Shown in pieces: positions 45,290-58,241 of a stretch of DNA of 64,000 nt. The notes under the pieces were generated by a model. It saw only the letters and a list, made by a program, of their open reading frames with translations. It was not told the origin of the DNA and did no database searches. The position numbers and the translations under genes were made by a program. Each line of letters begins with the position of its first letter. The first letter of the stretch is position 1. Source of the DNA: Felis catus (lineage: Eukaryota); assembly GCF_018350175.1 (NCBI RefSeq), contig NC_058368.1, positions 227,046,001 through 227,110,000 on the forward strand. Direction: 5' to 3'.

Positions 45290-46900
45290 ATATATTTATC
45301 TGCAGCCCGGACCTTCTCTGAAACTCCAGACTCTCATCCTCAATGGCCAACTTAACTTTCCTACTTCACTGTCTAATAAATATCTCAGATTAACCTATCC
45401 AAAGCCACACTTTAGTTCCTGGTCCAAATCTGGTCTCCCACAGCTGATTAGATGAGCCATTGAAAGTCTGTCCACCATTGTGATCCAAGCCCCCATCATC
45501 TCTCTACTCAGTGTTGCAATGGCCTTTGATTCTGCCCTGGCCCCATCCCTGATTCTGCCCTTGCCCCTTTCATTCTGCTCTTACCATAGGAATCAGAGCA
45601 CAGTCATGAACCTACAAAATATAACGGGGTCGTTGACATTGTGCTATGTACTAAGAAATAAATGCTTGGTCTCCCTTCCAATTGCTGGCACAGCGTCCCT
45701 AAAACCCTTGTAATTACCCTAAGTTATGAGGGTGATAAAGGTGTCTTCCCTTATATTAATTAATATGGCGACTTTGGGGAAGCTCCTAGGTAACATAAGG
45801 ATGGGGTCTTGTTGCCATTGGAACCAACCATGAGATCAGCAGGTTGGAGATTTCCATCTCACCCTTGACCTGCTGGGAGGCAAGACGAGCTGGAGACTGA
45901 GTTCAGTTGCCAAAGGCCAATGATTTGATCAATCATGCCCGTATAAGGAAGCCTCCGTGAAAACCCAAAAGACAAGGTTCAGAGAGCTTCCGGGTTGGGG
46001 AACATGTGCAGATGTACCCAGAGAGAGCTCCTTCCAACGTAACTCACCCTGTGTACTGCTTCACTTGGCTGTTCCTCTGTATCCTTCATAATATTCTTCT
46101 CATAAACTAGGAAGTGTAAGTAAATGTTTCTCTGAGTTCCGTGAGCCACTCCACCAAATTAGTCCAACCTGAGGAGGGGGGCGTGGGAACCTCTGGTCCA
46201 GAGCCAATCCGTCGTGATGAACTGGACTTGTGATTGGCTTCTGAAGGAGGTGGTGGCAGAGGGGGACACTCTGACAGGACGGAGCCTTTAGCCTGTGGGA
46301 TCTGACGCTATCTCCAGGTCAGAATTAATTAATTGCTCGATGCATGGAAAAAACACACGTTGGAGGTTCGCTCTGCTAAGAAACACCCAGTGTCTTCCAA
46401 TCTCACTCCAAGTAAAAGCCAAAACCTTCGTAAATGACATCCAGGCCCCACCATGATTTTCTCTCCACTGCTTCTTGTCCTCATTTCTCCTTGCTTCTGA
46501 CCATTGTCTCCTCTGGCCATTCCGCTTCCTCACGCTGTTCACTGGCCTCCTTGCTACCCTTCTAACACCAGTCTTGCTTCAGTAGATTATTTGCATTTAT
46601 CGTTCCAACGCCTTGAAATACTCTTTCCCCCCAAATCTTTGCATGACTTTCTCCCTCAATTCCTTCTACTCTTTATTAAATCATCTTTTTGAAAATCTTT
46701 TCCTTGTCACTCTGTTAAAAAATGCTTCCATAATCCATATCCCCCCCCTATATCTTATGGTTTGTTTTTTTTTTTTTACTCATCTTGGTGAAGTTTTTTC
46801 ATGAACTATTTTTTTAAGTAGAAAGTACGCTCCACACATGCCAGTAATTCTGTTTTGTTTACTTCATACTAAACTGAGAAAGTTTGCCCTCGTGCTAAAC
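45290..46900 (+). mobile_element. L2 interrupted by a MER21-family LTR
   Basis: GACCTTCTCTGAAACTCCAGACTC...CCAAGCCCCCATCATCTCTC; resumes CTCTGCTAAG...CTCACTCCAAGTAAAAGCCAAA. Confidence 0.7.
45625..46365 (+). mobile_element. MER21-family LTR
   Basis: TGTACTAAGAAATA, GATAAAGGTGTCTT, GAAGCCTCCGTGAAAACCC and CTGTGGGATCTGACGCT shared with 15438-16250. Confidence 0.85.
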
Positions 46901-47049
46901 TAGGGATTAAGAAAGTGACTGCCATGTAACATTCACGTAGGCATATGAAAAAGACTCCCTTTGGGGAAAGTATTCTTATTTTCCAATGGTAGTGGGAAAC
47001 AATGTATTACATTCTGTATATTCCACCATAGACACAACATGTCCGAAAC

Positions 47050-47840
47050 CTGGAAGGCATTCAGCAGCCTCATTTTAGATGCGTGTCTAGGTTGTTTTCC
47101 CTCCTCACCTGACTCTAGCCCAGCCTGAGTGGGATCCTGATTTGTCTTACCCACTATGGTGCACTCAACCTCTGGCACCATATTTGACATGCGGTAGGAG
47201 TTTAACAAATCGTGGTTAAATCAATGTTACTGAATACGTTCCAGACTCCTCCCTTGCTCTCGTCCCCACTTTCCAAGAGTCACCAAGCCCCTGGTGTCAG
47301 TCCTAACGTGTCTCTATTTCACCCCTTCCCTCCCGCTCCAACAACCTTGTTCAGGCCTTTCTCACTCTTCCCATTAATTCTTGCACTCCCCTACTAGACT
47401 GCGTTCACACTTAGCCTGTTCCTGTCCATCCTTCTACACGTCTTTCTAAGCATCTGTGGGTAACCCTTTAAAGGATGCCCCCTTGCCTACAGCACGGAGT
47501 CTAACCTCCTTTACAAATTCTGAGACTCACCTCTCCTCCACCCGCCCCCCTGTCTCCAACTGGGCCAAAGCACTCATGGTTCCCAGACCTCGTCAGGCCC
47601 TGTCATGCCTCCACACTCCTACCTGTGCTGTGGTGTTGACCTGGAGCTCTCCTGCCCACCTGTCCATGCCTGCTTAATTAACTCCTGCTCATTTGCCACT
47701 GTGCCAGGATGTCCCTCTAGCACAGCCCACGTCTCACAGTTCTGGAACGCTCTGTTCATCTTCCTTCCACACCTGTCTCTTGAGGGCAGGAATTCTGTAT
47801 GTTTCCTCTCTCTATCCCAAGAGCCTTGCCTAGAGCCCCC
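47050..47840 (+). mobile_element. L2 fragments
   Basis: TCTGGCACCATATTTGACATGCGGTAGGAGTTTAACAAAT; CTTGAGGGCAGGAATTCTGT. Confidence 0.5.
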
Positions 47841-47842
47841 GT

Positions 47843-48112
47843 GAAGGCAGGCCCTTGAGAAGTGATTAAGTTAAAATGAAATCATCAGGACGTACCCTAA
47901 CCCATCATAACCGCTGTCCTCATAAGGAGATCTTTGGACACAGACACACACACCAAAGGAAGACCATGTGGTGGTAAAGGAAGAAGGTGGCCACCTTCAT
48001 GCCAAGAAGGAATCTGCTGACAGTTTGATCTCAGACTTCCAGCCTCCAGAATTGTTATGGAATTCACCTCGTCTCTGATGCTTTGTTAGGGCAGCCCCAG
48101 CGAACTAACACA
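47843..48112 (+). mobile_element. MaLR LTR (MLT1B-like)
   Basis: GTGATTAAGTTAAAATGA...TTGATCTCAGACTTCCAGCCTCCAGAA...GCAGCCCCAGCGAACTAACACA. Confidence 0.8.
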
Positions 48113-48744
48113 CAGACATTCATGTGCCTGTCCTTTCCATATGCCTTTCGCAACGGGGGAAACACTGTTTCACAACTGGCTTTTTCACAGCCATGGTTTT
48201 TTTCGACAGCCATGTGGGGTATAACAAAACATTATACCCATCTTCTCTTAAAGGAGCCCTGCCTTGTGTTCTCAGGACTTGTTAAAACAGACCTGACCGC
48301 CAGAGAATCATTTTGGAAAGTGTTCACGGGGGCCTCACGCCCATCAAAACACTTCTCCAGTTTCACTTTTCGAGTTAGTAAGGAAGAGAGAAAAAAAGAG
48401 AATCAGGCCCTTTTTGCCGAATTGGGGACTTCTCGTCTTCCCGGGAAGCACAGGCATGTAAATTCTTCAAATGCCATAGGCCTGAAGTGATGCTATTTTA
48501 AAATATCTCTGGAAAGAAAAGGCATGGTCCAAAAAGTAGCTTGGAATTCACTTGGAGTTGGGTTTGCAAATAAAAGTTGAACCAGCGACGATACGGTGCG
48601 GTTTGTTACGTGAATGTTGCACTGGTGTGCATTTCTTGCTTTACATTTGGGTTTGCTTTCTAAAACAGAGGGAAAACATTGTATAAACGTGGTGTGGGCC
48701 CGGTTGAGGGCTTTGTTTATGAAAGACTAAGCTATACTGACGTG

Positions 48745-48975
48745 GGCAGGAACTCCAGCTTTGGTGGCTGCCGGACCTCTGTTCAAATCTCAGCTCCTCT
48801 AACTCACAAACCATGACAACTGGACCAGCCATCTCTGTCTCTCCAAGTCCGTGTCGCCATCGGATCTTCTGTGGCAAATCCAGGCTAGCCGTACCGCTCT
48901 AGGGCTGTGGGGAAGAATAAATGAAATATAAATCACTTCACGTGGTGCCTGCTACAGGGTAGATATTAGTTAAGA
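48745..48975 (+). mobile_element. MIR
   Basis: GTTCAAATCTCAGCTCCT...AGGGCTGTGGGGAAGAATAAATGA...GTGGTGCCTG. Confidence 0.6.
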
Positions 48976-49130
48976 CAGACACCTTGGGTTTTTTGGAAAA
49001 TAATTACATTACTATATGTGGTACATAATATTCAGTGCTATATATTATGCATCTAATTACTACATGATTATAATCCTCTAATTACAATAAATATTTATCA
49101 GGCATCACTTGTCTATACACAAACAAACCC

Positions 49131-50185
49131 TTTTTTATTAAGTGTTTTAATTCCAGTATAGTTAACATACAGTGTTCTATTAATTTCAAGGGTACAATAC
49201 AGCGATTCAGCAACTCCATACATGACCCGGGGCTCATCACAAGTGCCCTCCTTACTCCCCATCGCCTGTTTCACCCATTCCCCTCCCCACCTCCCCTCTG
49301 GTAACCATCAGTTTATTTTCTATAGCTAAGAGTCTGTTTCATGGTTTGTTGCTCACTCTCTTCCTTTTTCTCGTTCGTTCATACATTCCACATACGAGTG
49401 AAATCATGTGGGATTTGTCTTTCACTGACTGACTTACTTTGCTTCGCATTATACTCTGTAGCTCCATTCGCGATGTTGCAAATGGCAAGGTTCCATCCTT
49501 TTTTACGGCCGAATAATATTCCACGATGTATACATGCCACTTCTTTATCCATTCATCTATCAGTGGACACTTGAGCTGTTCCCACAATTTGGCTATTGTA
49601 AATAATGCTGCTATAAACATGGGGGGTGCAAATATCCTCTTGAACTAGTGTTTTTGTCCCTTTGGGGTAAATATCCAGTAGTACGATTGCTAGACCATAG
49701 GGTCGTTCTACTTTCCACTTTTGGAGGAAACTCCAAACTGTTTTCCAGGGTGGCTGCCCCCGTCTGCATTCCCACCAACAGTGCCCGAGGGTTCCTTTCT
49801 CTTCATATCCTCACCAACACCTGTTGGCTATTATATTTTGGTTTTATTTTCATTTATTTATATTTTTAAATGCTTATTTTTGAGAGAGACAGAAAGACAG
49901 AGTGCAAATGGGGCAGGGTCAGAGAGGGGGAGAGACAGAAATGGAAACAGGCTCCAGGCTCTGAGCTGTCAGCACAGATCCTGACGCGGGGCTCGAACGC
50001 ACGAACCGCGAGCTCATGACCTGAGCTGGTCGGACATTTAACCGACTGAGCCATGCCGTCACCCCTCTTGTGGTTTGATTCCAGCCATTCTGACAGGTGT
50101 AAGGTGATATTATAGTTTTGATTTGCATTTCCCCGATGATGAGCGATATTGAGCATCTTTCCAAGTATCTGTTGGCCAGCTAGAT
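49131..50185 (-). mobile_element. Carnivore L1 3' end (ORF2 C-terminus and 3'UTR) interrupted by a SINE
   Basis: Minus ORF MFIAALFTIAKLWEQLKCPLIDEWIKKW and RCSISLIIGEMQIKT. Confidence 0.93.
49837..50065 (-). mobile_element. Can-SINE in L1
   Basis: CAGGCTCCAGGCTCTGAGCTGTCAGCACAG...TTAACCGACTGAGCCA. Confidence 0.95.
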
Positions 50186-50749
50186 AGATACCTTTTACTG
50201 CCATTGCCCCTACAACTTGTCTATAAGGAAATCTCACGTTCTGAATATAAGATTCATATTATGGATAAAGCATGCTGACTTGGGTAATACTTTGTCTACT
50301 CTTCACCGGTTGATTTGAGAAAAGAACATGACTGACAAAATACAGTTTGTAAAAAAGTAAGCCATAGTTTGAGCACAGAAATTCACTTATTCTTTATTGT
50401 CACTACAAAAACATGGGAATGGCTGACTTGAATTTTTTATCTTCTACACAGAAGATACGTCTTTAGGAACAAGTAATTTTGTTTCAGTTATTCAGATTAA
50501 TTTACCCCCTCTGTAAGTAAATGTTACAGAGTTTGGGAAAGTAAATATAGACAGAGACTTACAAAGGTTGATGTCTCTTGGGTCTGAGGCCATGGGAACT
50601 GAATCACCGCGGATAAACCTGAGCTTTCAGTTGTCTACGAAAATCAGGGGATATGTACTTTGTGTAGAATGGGCATTTCCGTCACAGTTACATAAAGGCC
50701 CTTATTTCCGTATCATTTGGGGGAGGCACATTTTTTTTAAAGGCAATCT

Positions 50750-50947
50750 TTTTTAAAAAATGTCTATTTATTTTTAAGAGAGAGAGAGAACAAACAGGGA
50801 AGGGGCGGAGGGAGAGAGAATCCCAAGCAGGCTCCACACTGTCACTGGAGCGTCCAATGCGGGGCTCAAACTCGTGAACTCGGAGATCATGATCTGAGCC
50901 AAAATCAAGAGTCAGACGCTCGACTGACTGAGCCTCCCAGGCGCCCC
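50750..50947 (-). mobile_element. Can-SINE
   Basis: GAATCCCAAGCAGGCTCC...AATCAAGAGTCAGACGC...CCCAGGCGCCCC. Confidence 0.95.
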
Positions 50948-51829
50948 TGTGGGAGCAACAGTTTTAAGGAAAGGTACTCTCCTCTCATAAAAGATTAGTA
51001 TTTTAAGAATTGGAATAATTTTAATGTGTGATGTAAACTGGCCATGTTTTCTAGCTAATTTGAGATTTCCTTAGGGAAGAAATGACACATCACATTTTCT
51101 TTGCTCAAAAGACCAAATCCTCTTCGTTGCTTTTTAAATTTTAACTCAGACCTCCTTTCTCAGGTTCACTCCGTGGCTCTCCCAGATTCTACCCTTTCTT
51201 CTGCCCCTCATCAAACCACCCTTGATTATTAGGACAGGTGCCAGCCTTTCACCCAGAATCCCCTATCCCGCCTGCTGATGTGCCTGGCTGGTCTGAACAT
51301 TCCCCCCACAACTCCGAGACTTCTAAAATGTATCTTCCACAGAAAACCAAAGGCCGGGGCCTTGAGCTATGTCAGGCAGTTTTTCCCCTAGAATCACAAT
51401 GAATCAGAATCATTCTCGGCCACCTTTGTTAAATGATTTTCTATGTTCCCTCCTCTTAGAAGGTGATTTAGGGAATGATGTGTTAAGACAGTATTTTCTT
51501 TTAACTGTAAGGAGAGAAAAGTCCTTGAAGAAGACAGGCTTTGATTGTTGAGAAATTTCTTTGGGCTTCCCTCCATCCCTCTCTCCTTGCCTACCCACAT
51601 CACTGCAGCAGGAAGCTGAGAGAATCCAATAGGGCCAAAATACACTGACTAAATGGAACCACAGTGCTTCCTGACATGCTGAACACTCAGCCTTCGGATG
51701 ACGCAAGACAGTGGTGCTAGTTAGTCATGTGCAAACAAGAGTGGCCCATGACTAGCTTTACTTGCTTGGATTCCAAGTATCACCACCTACACAGTACCAA
51801 GCCTATGATGGCAATGATAATACCTGTTC

Positions 51830-52150
51830 CTTTATTCATTGATACGGCAACTGCTTACCAAACAACACTGTGCTAGGTCCAGCAGGAGCAAGGATGAGTG
51901 AAACAGTAGCCATGGCCATCAGTAACTCATAACCTAATGGAGAGGACCATTCCGAAACAACATGGAAACCGAGTGATAAATACGCAGCCTGAAAGAAGAG
52001 CTTCTAACACAGAGGACGGGGTGGGGGCGGAGGTATTCGCAAAGACTTCCCGGAAAAGCCAAGGTCTGAACGGAGTCTTCCGCTCGAAATCTCAGCGATC
52101 TATCTACAGAGAGCAAAATATTTGTACACACTTTGAGAAATCCCTGGGTC
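51830..52150 (-). mobile_element. L2 3' remnant
   Basis: TTATTCATT...CACTGTGCTAGGT...ACTCATAACCTAATGGAGAG. Confidence 0.5.
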
Positions 52151-53604
52151 TCACGCAGATCATCTCTCAAGCCAACTTGTTCCACAAACACCCTCAATTC
52201 CCACTGGAAAATGGGCTCCAGAGCTGTGATTCCTTTATGGCATTAACTTTTGTCCATTTTCTTTTCCTTCTACTCCTCATAGGAATGAAACCATAAATCC
52301 TGTTCACAAAATAGGTATTTCTCGACTTTCAAAACTTTGGTTCGGAAAACATCCATTTCCTGCTCCGTTAAATAAGGTTCTGGCAGATGCCGGTTCTCAC
52401 CCTTCTGCCAAAGCCATTATACACGTGGGCTGCGGTGTTTGGACAGACTTTAAATAGGAGTGTTGAATCCCAACGGGTGTGTCCTGATGTGATAATTGCT
52501 TTTGGGACAGGTTATCTGCGCGGTTTCCAGTTCAGGGCGTTTAGCTTAAAATACATTTTGCACATCGTGCAAATCACTTGGAAAAAAAAAAAATCCTTGG
52601 TGAACTGCCTATAAAATTCCTAGCACAGGCTAAGTCATATCCTCAAGTATTTCATTTTTCCATTGGACCCAACTTTAGAGACTTTAATTAAAGGCAAATT
52701 TTATTACTTTCATTCTAAGGGCGGAGACGGAGACGCTAGCATAAAATGAGTCATGCGCGGTTGCAGAAAGGGTCAGATGCAAAAATCTTCTAGTAGATGT
52801 TAGTTTGGATGTCTGGGCAGTAAATGTTACCACTGTTTGCATTTCCATTCAGTAAGATCTTTTTCCATGTTTGTGATATAATGTAACAAATCTGTAGAAG
52901 TGAATGCAGAAAGATACAAACCACTGAAATGGCTGTCAGGATCACCCTATCATCGGCTTTAACCAGTGCATTTTACACAAAAACACGTCTTTAATTTTTT
53001 TATCCTTCTGAGCACATATCTAAGCTGTCCTTCCAGATAGTGCACGGGGCGGGACATAAACCATGCCTACCTCTGGTCCCTCTAAGTACCTTCTAGGGTT
53101 GCATTGATCCAGATCGTCTGCTTTCGCGCAAATATGTTACTCCGGTTAGTGATTTTTGATTTATCGCCTATACGAGTGAATATTCATCAAGAAACACGCT
53201 ATCAACTTGAGGGAGAGTTGGATGGGAATATCGTTTGACTGTTGAGTGTTGACAATGTTTTTTTTTCTTGGCAAATGTTCACTGCTGAAGACAATTAATT
53301 AAAAATAAGTTAGGAGGCCAACATCTTTGTGGGAGGGTTGCCCAATGATCAAATGTAATCCTGATAATTCTGGCCCTTGCCCTGGCCCAGCAGTAGATAC
53401 GAACGTTCCCAAAGGCAAGGAAACACTCTCCCCAGGTGATGGAAGTGTGGTTGCCTCCCAGCAGGAAGCCCTCCTCTTCTTAGCAGCTGCTGCGTTGACT
53501 CACCATGTGGGTGCACGGGCCCGAGTCACGCCGACCTGTAGCTTCCCATCCTTTGAAGATGGCCAGCTGCGAATGGTGGGGGAACTAATAAACCCACGTT
53601 CCAG

Positions 53605-53790
53605 CTTTCCTTCCTTCCATGGTTATTTATTAGGCACCTCGAGTGCCGGGCTCTGTGCTACACCCCAGGGATGGAGAGGTGAACACAAATGGACACAACG
53701 CCATGGGGCTTACAGTCTAGCGGGAGAGAGAATCAACGAATGTGGCAACACACAGAGGATTATGAGAACACATAAGGAAAGAATCCAAGT
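53605..53790 (-). mobile_element. L2 3' end
   Basis: TATTTATTAGGCACCT...GTGCCGGGCTCTGTGCTA...CATGGGGCTTACAGTCTAGCGGGAGAG. Confidence 0.7.
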
Positions 53791-53832
53791 GAGACTAGAA
53801 ATTAGGAAATTAGGCATCTGCTAATCTAAGAA

Positions 53833-53923
53833 CTGGTTTTCCAACTTGGCTACACATTGAAATCACCTGGGGAACTTTTTTTTTAATAAGGAAATACACT
53901 TTTAATTTTTTTAGTGTTTATTT

Positions 53924-53967
<44 letters not shown>

Positions 53968-54335
53968 TGGGGGGGGAGGGGGGGCAGAGAGAGGGAGACA
54001 CAGAATCCAAAGCAGGCTCCAGGCCCCGAGCTGTCAGCACAGAGCCCGACGCGGGGCTCGAACCCGCAAACTGTGAGATCACGACCTGAGCCAAAGTCAG
54101 AGGCTTAACACATTGAGCCACCCAGACGCCTCCCCCCCTTTTTTTATAAGGAAATTCAATTTTAATTTTTTTAATGTTTATTTACACCTGGGGAACTTTT
54201 AAAAAGACACTTTTTCCTGGGTTTCACCCCCAGAGATTCTGGCTGAACTGGTGCAGGGGGTGAAGTCTGGGCATCAAAATTCTTTTAAAGCTCCCTAGGT
54301 AACTCCAACGCACAGCACAATTTGGGAACACGAGT
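53833..54335. mobile_element. MER5A hAT-Charlie MITE interrupted by SINE insertions
   Basis: TGGTTTTCCAACTTGGCTACACATTGAAATCACCTGGGGAAC...CACCCCCAGAGATTCTG...TTTAAAGCTCCCTAGGTAA. Confidence 0.85.
53896..54132 (-). mobile_element. Can-SINE
   Basis: Canonical body with (GA)n; inner TSD core ATAAGGAAAT. Confidence 0.96.
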
Positions 54336-54339
54336 CTAA

Positions 54340-54670
54340 GAATAAGTAAGAGTGAGTCTGGTGAAGACCATCCTAGCAGAGGAAATAGCATATACAAAGA
54401 CCCTGAGGTTGGAAGAACTTGGTGCCTTCTGAAAACGAAGTCTCTGGAGTGGAAGGAGGAGGCTGGGAGGTTATGAAGCCGGGGAATTGATGGAGGAGGA
54501 GGCTGCAGCTAGACCCCACAGGGCCCTGGGAAGTCGAGTTACAGATTCTCCACTTTTCAGGAGAGCAATGGGAAGCCACTGTATGGCTTTTGACAAGGAG
54601 GAGACATTATCAGACCTGTGTTTATAAAAGCCACCTGCTGGGCAGAGAGTGCATTAGAGGGGATGCGACA
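54340..54670 (-). mobile_element. L2 fragment
   Basis: AGCATATACAAAGACCCTGAGG...GCAATGGGAAGCCACTG...ATCAGACCTGTGTTT. Confidence 0.75.
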
Positions 54671-55529
54671 TCATGATATTAACCCGGGTCTCTCTCTATA
54701 TTCAAGTTGCAGAGAGCTGCAGAAAGAGCACGATGATGGGGGCGGGCACAGGGCCACGGTCATGCCAAGCAAAGCAGAAAGGAGTCAGGCTTTCCCAGCT
54801 GATCCTGGACAGTGGGACGAGTCTGCGTTTCTTTGAGGTAAGCCACACGGAGGCCAAGTCGCTCCCGTTACACTGACCTCCTGTCTTCCGTCATCCACAT
54901 CTAAATTCTGCCTTCACCCATCTCATTCCTCCACCCCCGCAGACAGTGCTAAACGAGCAGACAGGAGATCACGAGAGAAGAGCGAGCTCCCAGGGAAGAG
55001 ACTTCTCCACGTTCCCCCCAGAAATCACCTGCAGTGCCCTGAGAATAGAAAAGGAAAGCCGAGTGTCTTCTGCAGGGGCTGGAGAGGAGGCCCTGAGAGG
55101 GCAGAGGAGCCTTTCCCAAATCTCCGTGACCCCCAGCCGCCACACAGGCCGGAAGAGCCACTTGACCACTGTGTGACCTTGCCCCGGACTCCATGTGTCA
55201 GCAAAGTGCCAACAGCAGCCAACAGCATGTGGTCTGAATGAGCCACTCCTTCCTTCCACAATAAGCGACAGATTAGGAATGGAATTACGCCACTTTCCAT
55301 TCTACCCCAGATTTGCTATTGAACCCTAAAACAAAGCCGGCTTGCACCACTGTTTTCCATCCACAAAATGAGTGTTTTGAGACCCTGGAAGGGAGGCGGA
55401 GAACTCCAATCACTGTATGGTTTCAGCATTCAAGGAAATTAACATAGAAATCCACAAAATCGGTGTAAAGAATTAAAATGGGGATCTAGCAAGATCTTCT
55501 ATGAACCAGACTCTGCACACGTATCTCGC

Positions 55530-55700
55530 CCGACACTGCCACCGCCCCCATGAGTAAGGTATCGCTGCCACCGTTTTACAGAAGAAGAAACTGAGGTTCT
55601 GAGAGGGTACTGGAATTTGCTGGTGGACGCCAAGATTGCCCGGGCTGTGACTTGAACCCGGTTCTAGTCTGACTCGGGCGCACCCGTTCTCAGTCACTAT
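55530..55700 (-). mobile_element. MIR
   Basis: CCGTTTTACAGAAGAAGAAACTGAGGTTCTGAGAGG...GACTTGAACCCGG. Confidence 0.7.
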
Positions 55701-55859
55701 GCCCCACTGCGCCCCATGCTATGGATGCTTTCTCAGTTTGGGAAACCTCCCCATCTCCACCCATTCACAGTGTGCTAGCCAAGGTGCCCGTGATGGCACC
55801 GACGTGACAAGGTCTGAAAATTCAATGTCAGCGAGAGGAGGAAGTTTTTTGTCCTCCAA

Positions 55860-56280
55860 ACTCCGGATGTATAATCCAGGCCAGTTACTTACGCTCTCCA
55901 TGCCTCAGTTTTCTCCCTTGTAAAATACAGATAATAATAAGAAAATCTACGTCATAGACTCTTATAAGGACTGAATAGATTGATTTTAAAAAGCATTTAG
56001 TACAGGGGAGCCTGGGTGGCTCAGTCAGTTGAGCGTCCGACTTCTGCTCAGGTCGTGATCTCATGGCTCATGAGTTCAAGCCCCGCGTCGGGCTCTGTGC
56101 TGATGGCTCAGAGCCTGGAGCCTGCTTTGGATTCTGTGTGTCTCTCTCTGCCCTTCCTGTGCTCACACTCTGTCTCTCTCTCCCTCTCTCTCAAAATAAA
56201 TAAACATTTTAAAAAAAAGCGTTTAGTACAAAGTTTATCAGGCAGTGAGTGCTCAATCACCCTTTAGTGATTATTATTGC
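55860..56280 (+). mobile_element. MIR interrupted by a SINE
   Basis: CCAGTTACTTACGCTCTCCATGCCTCAGTTTTCTCCCTTGTAAAAT; resumes after the SINE with GTGAGTGCTCAAT. Confidence 0.75.
56005..56213 (+). mobile_element. Can-SINE
   Basis: TSD AAAAAGC(A/G)TTTAGTACA at 55988-56004 and 56214-56230. Confidence 0.97.
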
Positions 56281-56464
56281 TATTATTGCAATATTTTTGC
56301 TTGCTTCTTCTCCGTCTTTTTACCCAGTTGTGCAGTGCCTTTCACCTTCAAGGTGGAAAGTGGCAACAAATTTAGATAAAAGACTATAAACAGATTTCAT
56401 TGCTTGGCCGTAATTTGATGGAGGTGGGGGGATTGGGGGGGGCGGCGGGGATCAGCTTTGCCCA

Positions 56465-56483
56465 TCGCCACTAGATGGTGCTC
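56465..56483 (+). promoter_or_regulatory. CTCF motif
   Basis: TCGCCACTAGATGGTGCTC fits the CCASYAGRKGG core, in unique DNA. Confidence 0.6.
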
Positions 56484-56739
56484 ATATATTACAACCCACC
56501 CACAATGCTTTTCATGTAAATTTCCCGATAAAAAATGCGTTGGAGGGCAGGCAGGCGCCAGGGTATTGTTTTCTAAATGTTGCCTATTTTTCTACTTCTG
56601 GCACAAGGGCTCTACAGTGCTGCTTACATTAAAAGGCTAGGATTGTTTTCCAGTTGCTTTACTTTAGATACAAGATAACTTAAATAGCTGTCTTTTGATA
56701 TCATAATGAGGGTCATGCAGGCAACAAAAGACATCCACA

Positions 56740-56767
<28 letters not shown>
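56740..56767. repeat. poly-T tract
   Basis: Run of about 28 T. Confidence 0.9.
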
Positions 56768-56770
<3 letters not shown>

Positions 56771-57875
56771 AAATGTGAAGTGAAATGAGTTATCGCCTGT
56801 GAAAGAGTGGTTCCATCTAAACAGTTGGGTGAAAGAACGTTAGACGAAAGTCAGCAAGTTGGTTGTTTCCCCGGTTAAGAAACACCACGTTCCCTCTTGG
56901 AATTAAAATGCCCTCACGGAATATCATTGAACAACCGTTTTCCCTGCCTAATTTTAAAAGTAAATTCTTGCCTTTTCACGTTTTCTTTTTTTTTTTTTTT
57001 TTAATCGACAATACCCAGTTTCACCCATTGGAAGCCATGAACACAAGTTCGGGCTTGCTGCCACGAAAGGGTCATTCAAGGATCCCTGTCGATTGCCACA
57101 TCGCCTCCGTGATGAAACGCTGTTGTCATTGCGTCCCGGGAACCACAGGTGGGAAGACTTCTTGGCATTCCCTGCCCCAGTCAACAGCGGACTCGGCTTC
57201 CCTAAGTGACACGCCTTGCTTTTTTTTCCAAGTGGAAAGCTCTCTCTTCACAAGCATTATCAGCAGATTTCAAAGTGTTCGCATACCTCTCTCTCACACT
57301 TATGCCAAACCATGAGGCCAGGGGCTGTTGGCCAAAAGGAAAATATCGTGTTATTTTCTGTCCTCACGGCCAAAAATAATTTCAAAGGAGCCTAGCTTTA
57401 ATTTCTTGTTTTAATTTCCATGTGGGCAAACGAACAGCCTTTGAAAGCTATATGGCTGGGGATTCCAGATGCAAAGGAGAAATGTTTGCTTGTGCCACCA
57501 TGGTATGATTCTGGTACTTCCCATGACTTGAACACCTCCCAGATTTTATCTGCCAACTCACAGACCACTTTGCACCTGGGTTCTCGTACTGGTCTCCACA
57601 CCAATGCAGTTGGAAGACAAGGCAAGCAATTGCTATGGCTCCATATCAATGCATCGGATCGGACTCGCTCAGGATTGAAAGTTAGCTTGGGTAGTGGTAC
57701 AACAGGGACTCAAACCCAAGCCCTCCGCAACATTGCTTTGGTTTTCACTACTGGGCATCACACACTGCTTCTTAATGTCTCCTACTCGTTCGATATTCAT
57801 CGACTGTCTTGAGCTCTTCGTGGGTATATGCAGTCTCTATGCAACTAAATTTTAAGTTTAAAGATAATGACTGTC

Positions 57876-58079
57876 GGGGCACCTGGGCAGTTCAATCGGT
57901 GAAGAAGCTGACTTCAGCTCAGGGCATGATCTCACAGTTCATGGGTTCGAGCCCCGTGTCGGGCTCTCTGCTGTCAGTATAAGGCCCGCTTGGATCCTCT
58001 GTCCCCCTCTCTATCTGCCTCTCCCTGGCTTGCTCGCTCTCTCTCTCTCTCTCAAAATAAATAAGTGAGCTTAAAAAAT
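57876..58079 (+). mobile_element. Can-SINE followed by (GATA)n
   Basis: Head GGGGCACCTGGG, CT tract, tail; TSD core ATAATGACT. Confidence 0.93.
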
Positions 58080-58241
58080 ATATATAGATAGATAGATAGA
58101 TATAGATATAATGACTATGTCTAACAAACCTAACATTTTCACAAAGCCTTAAACATGAAATAAATAATCATTGGTTAGGTCTTTACTGTGTGAAGAACGA
58201 AAGTAATAAAGGTATTTTACTTAGACACCCTTAAATCTCAT

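Noticed and set aside
15438..46365. MER21 pair as the two LTRs of one provirus
   Set aside because: 30 kb apart, strongly diverged, the second sits inside an L2, and the ERVL pol fragments between them are out of order
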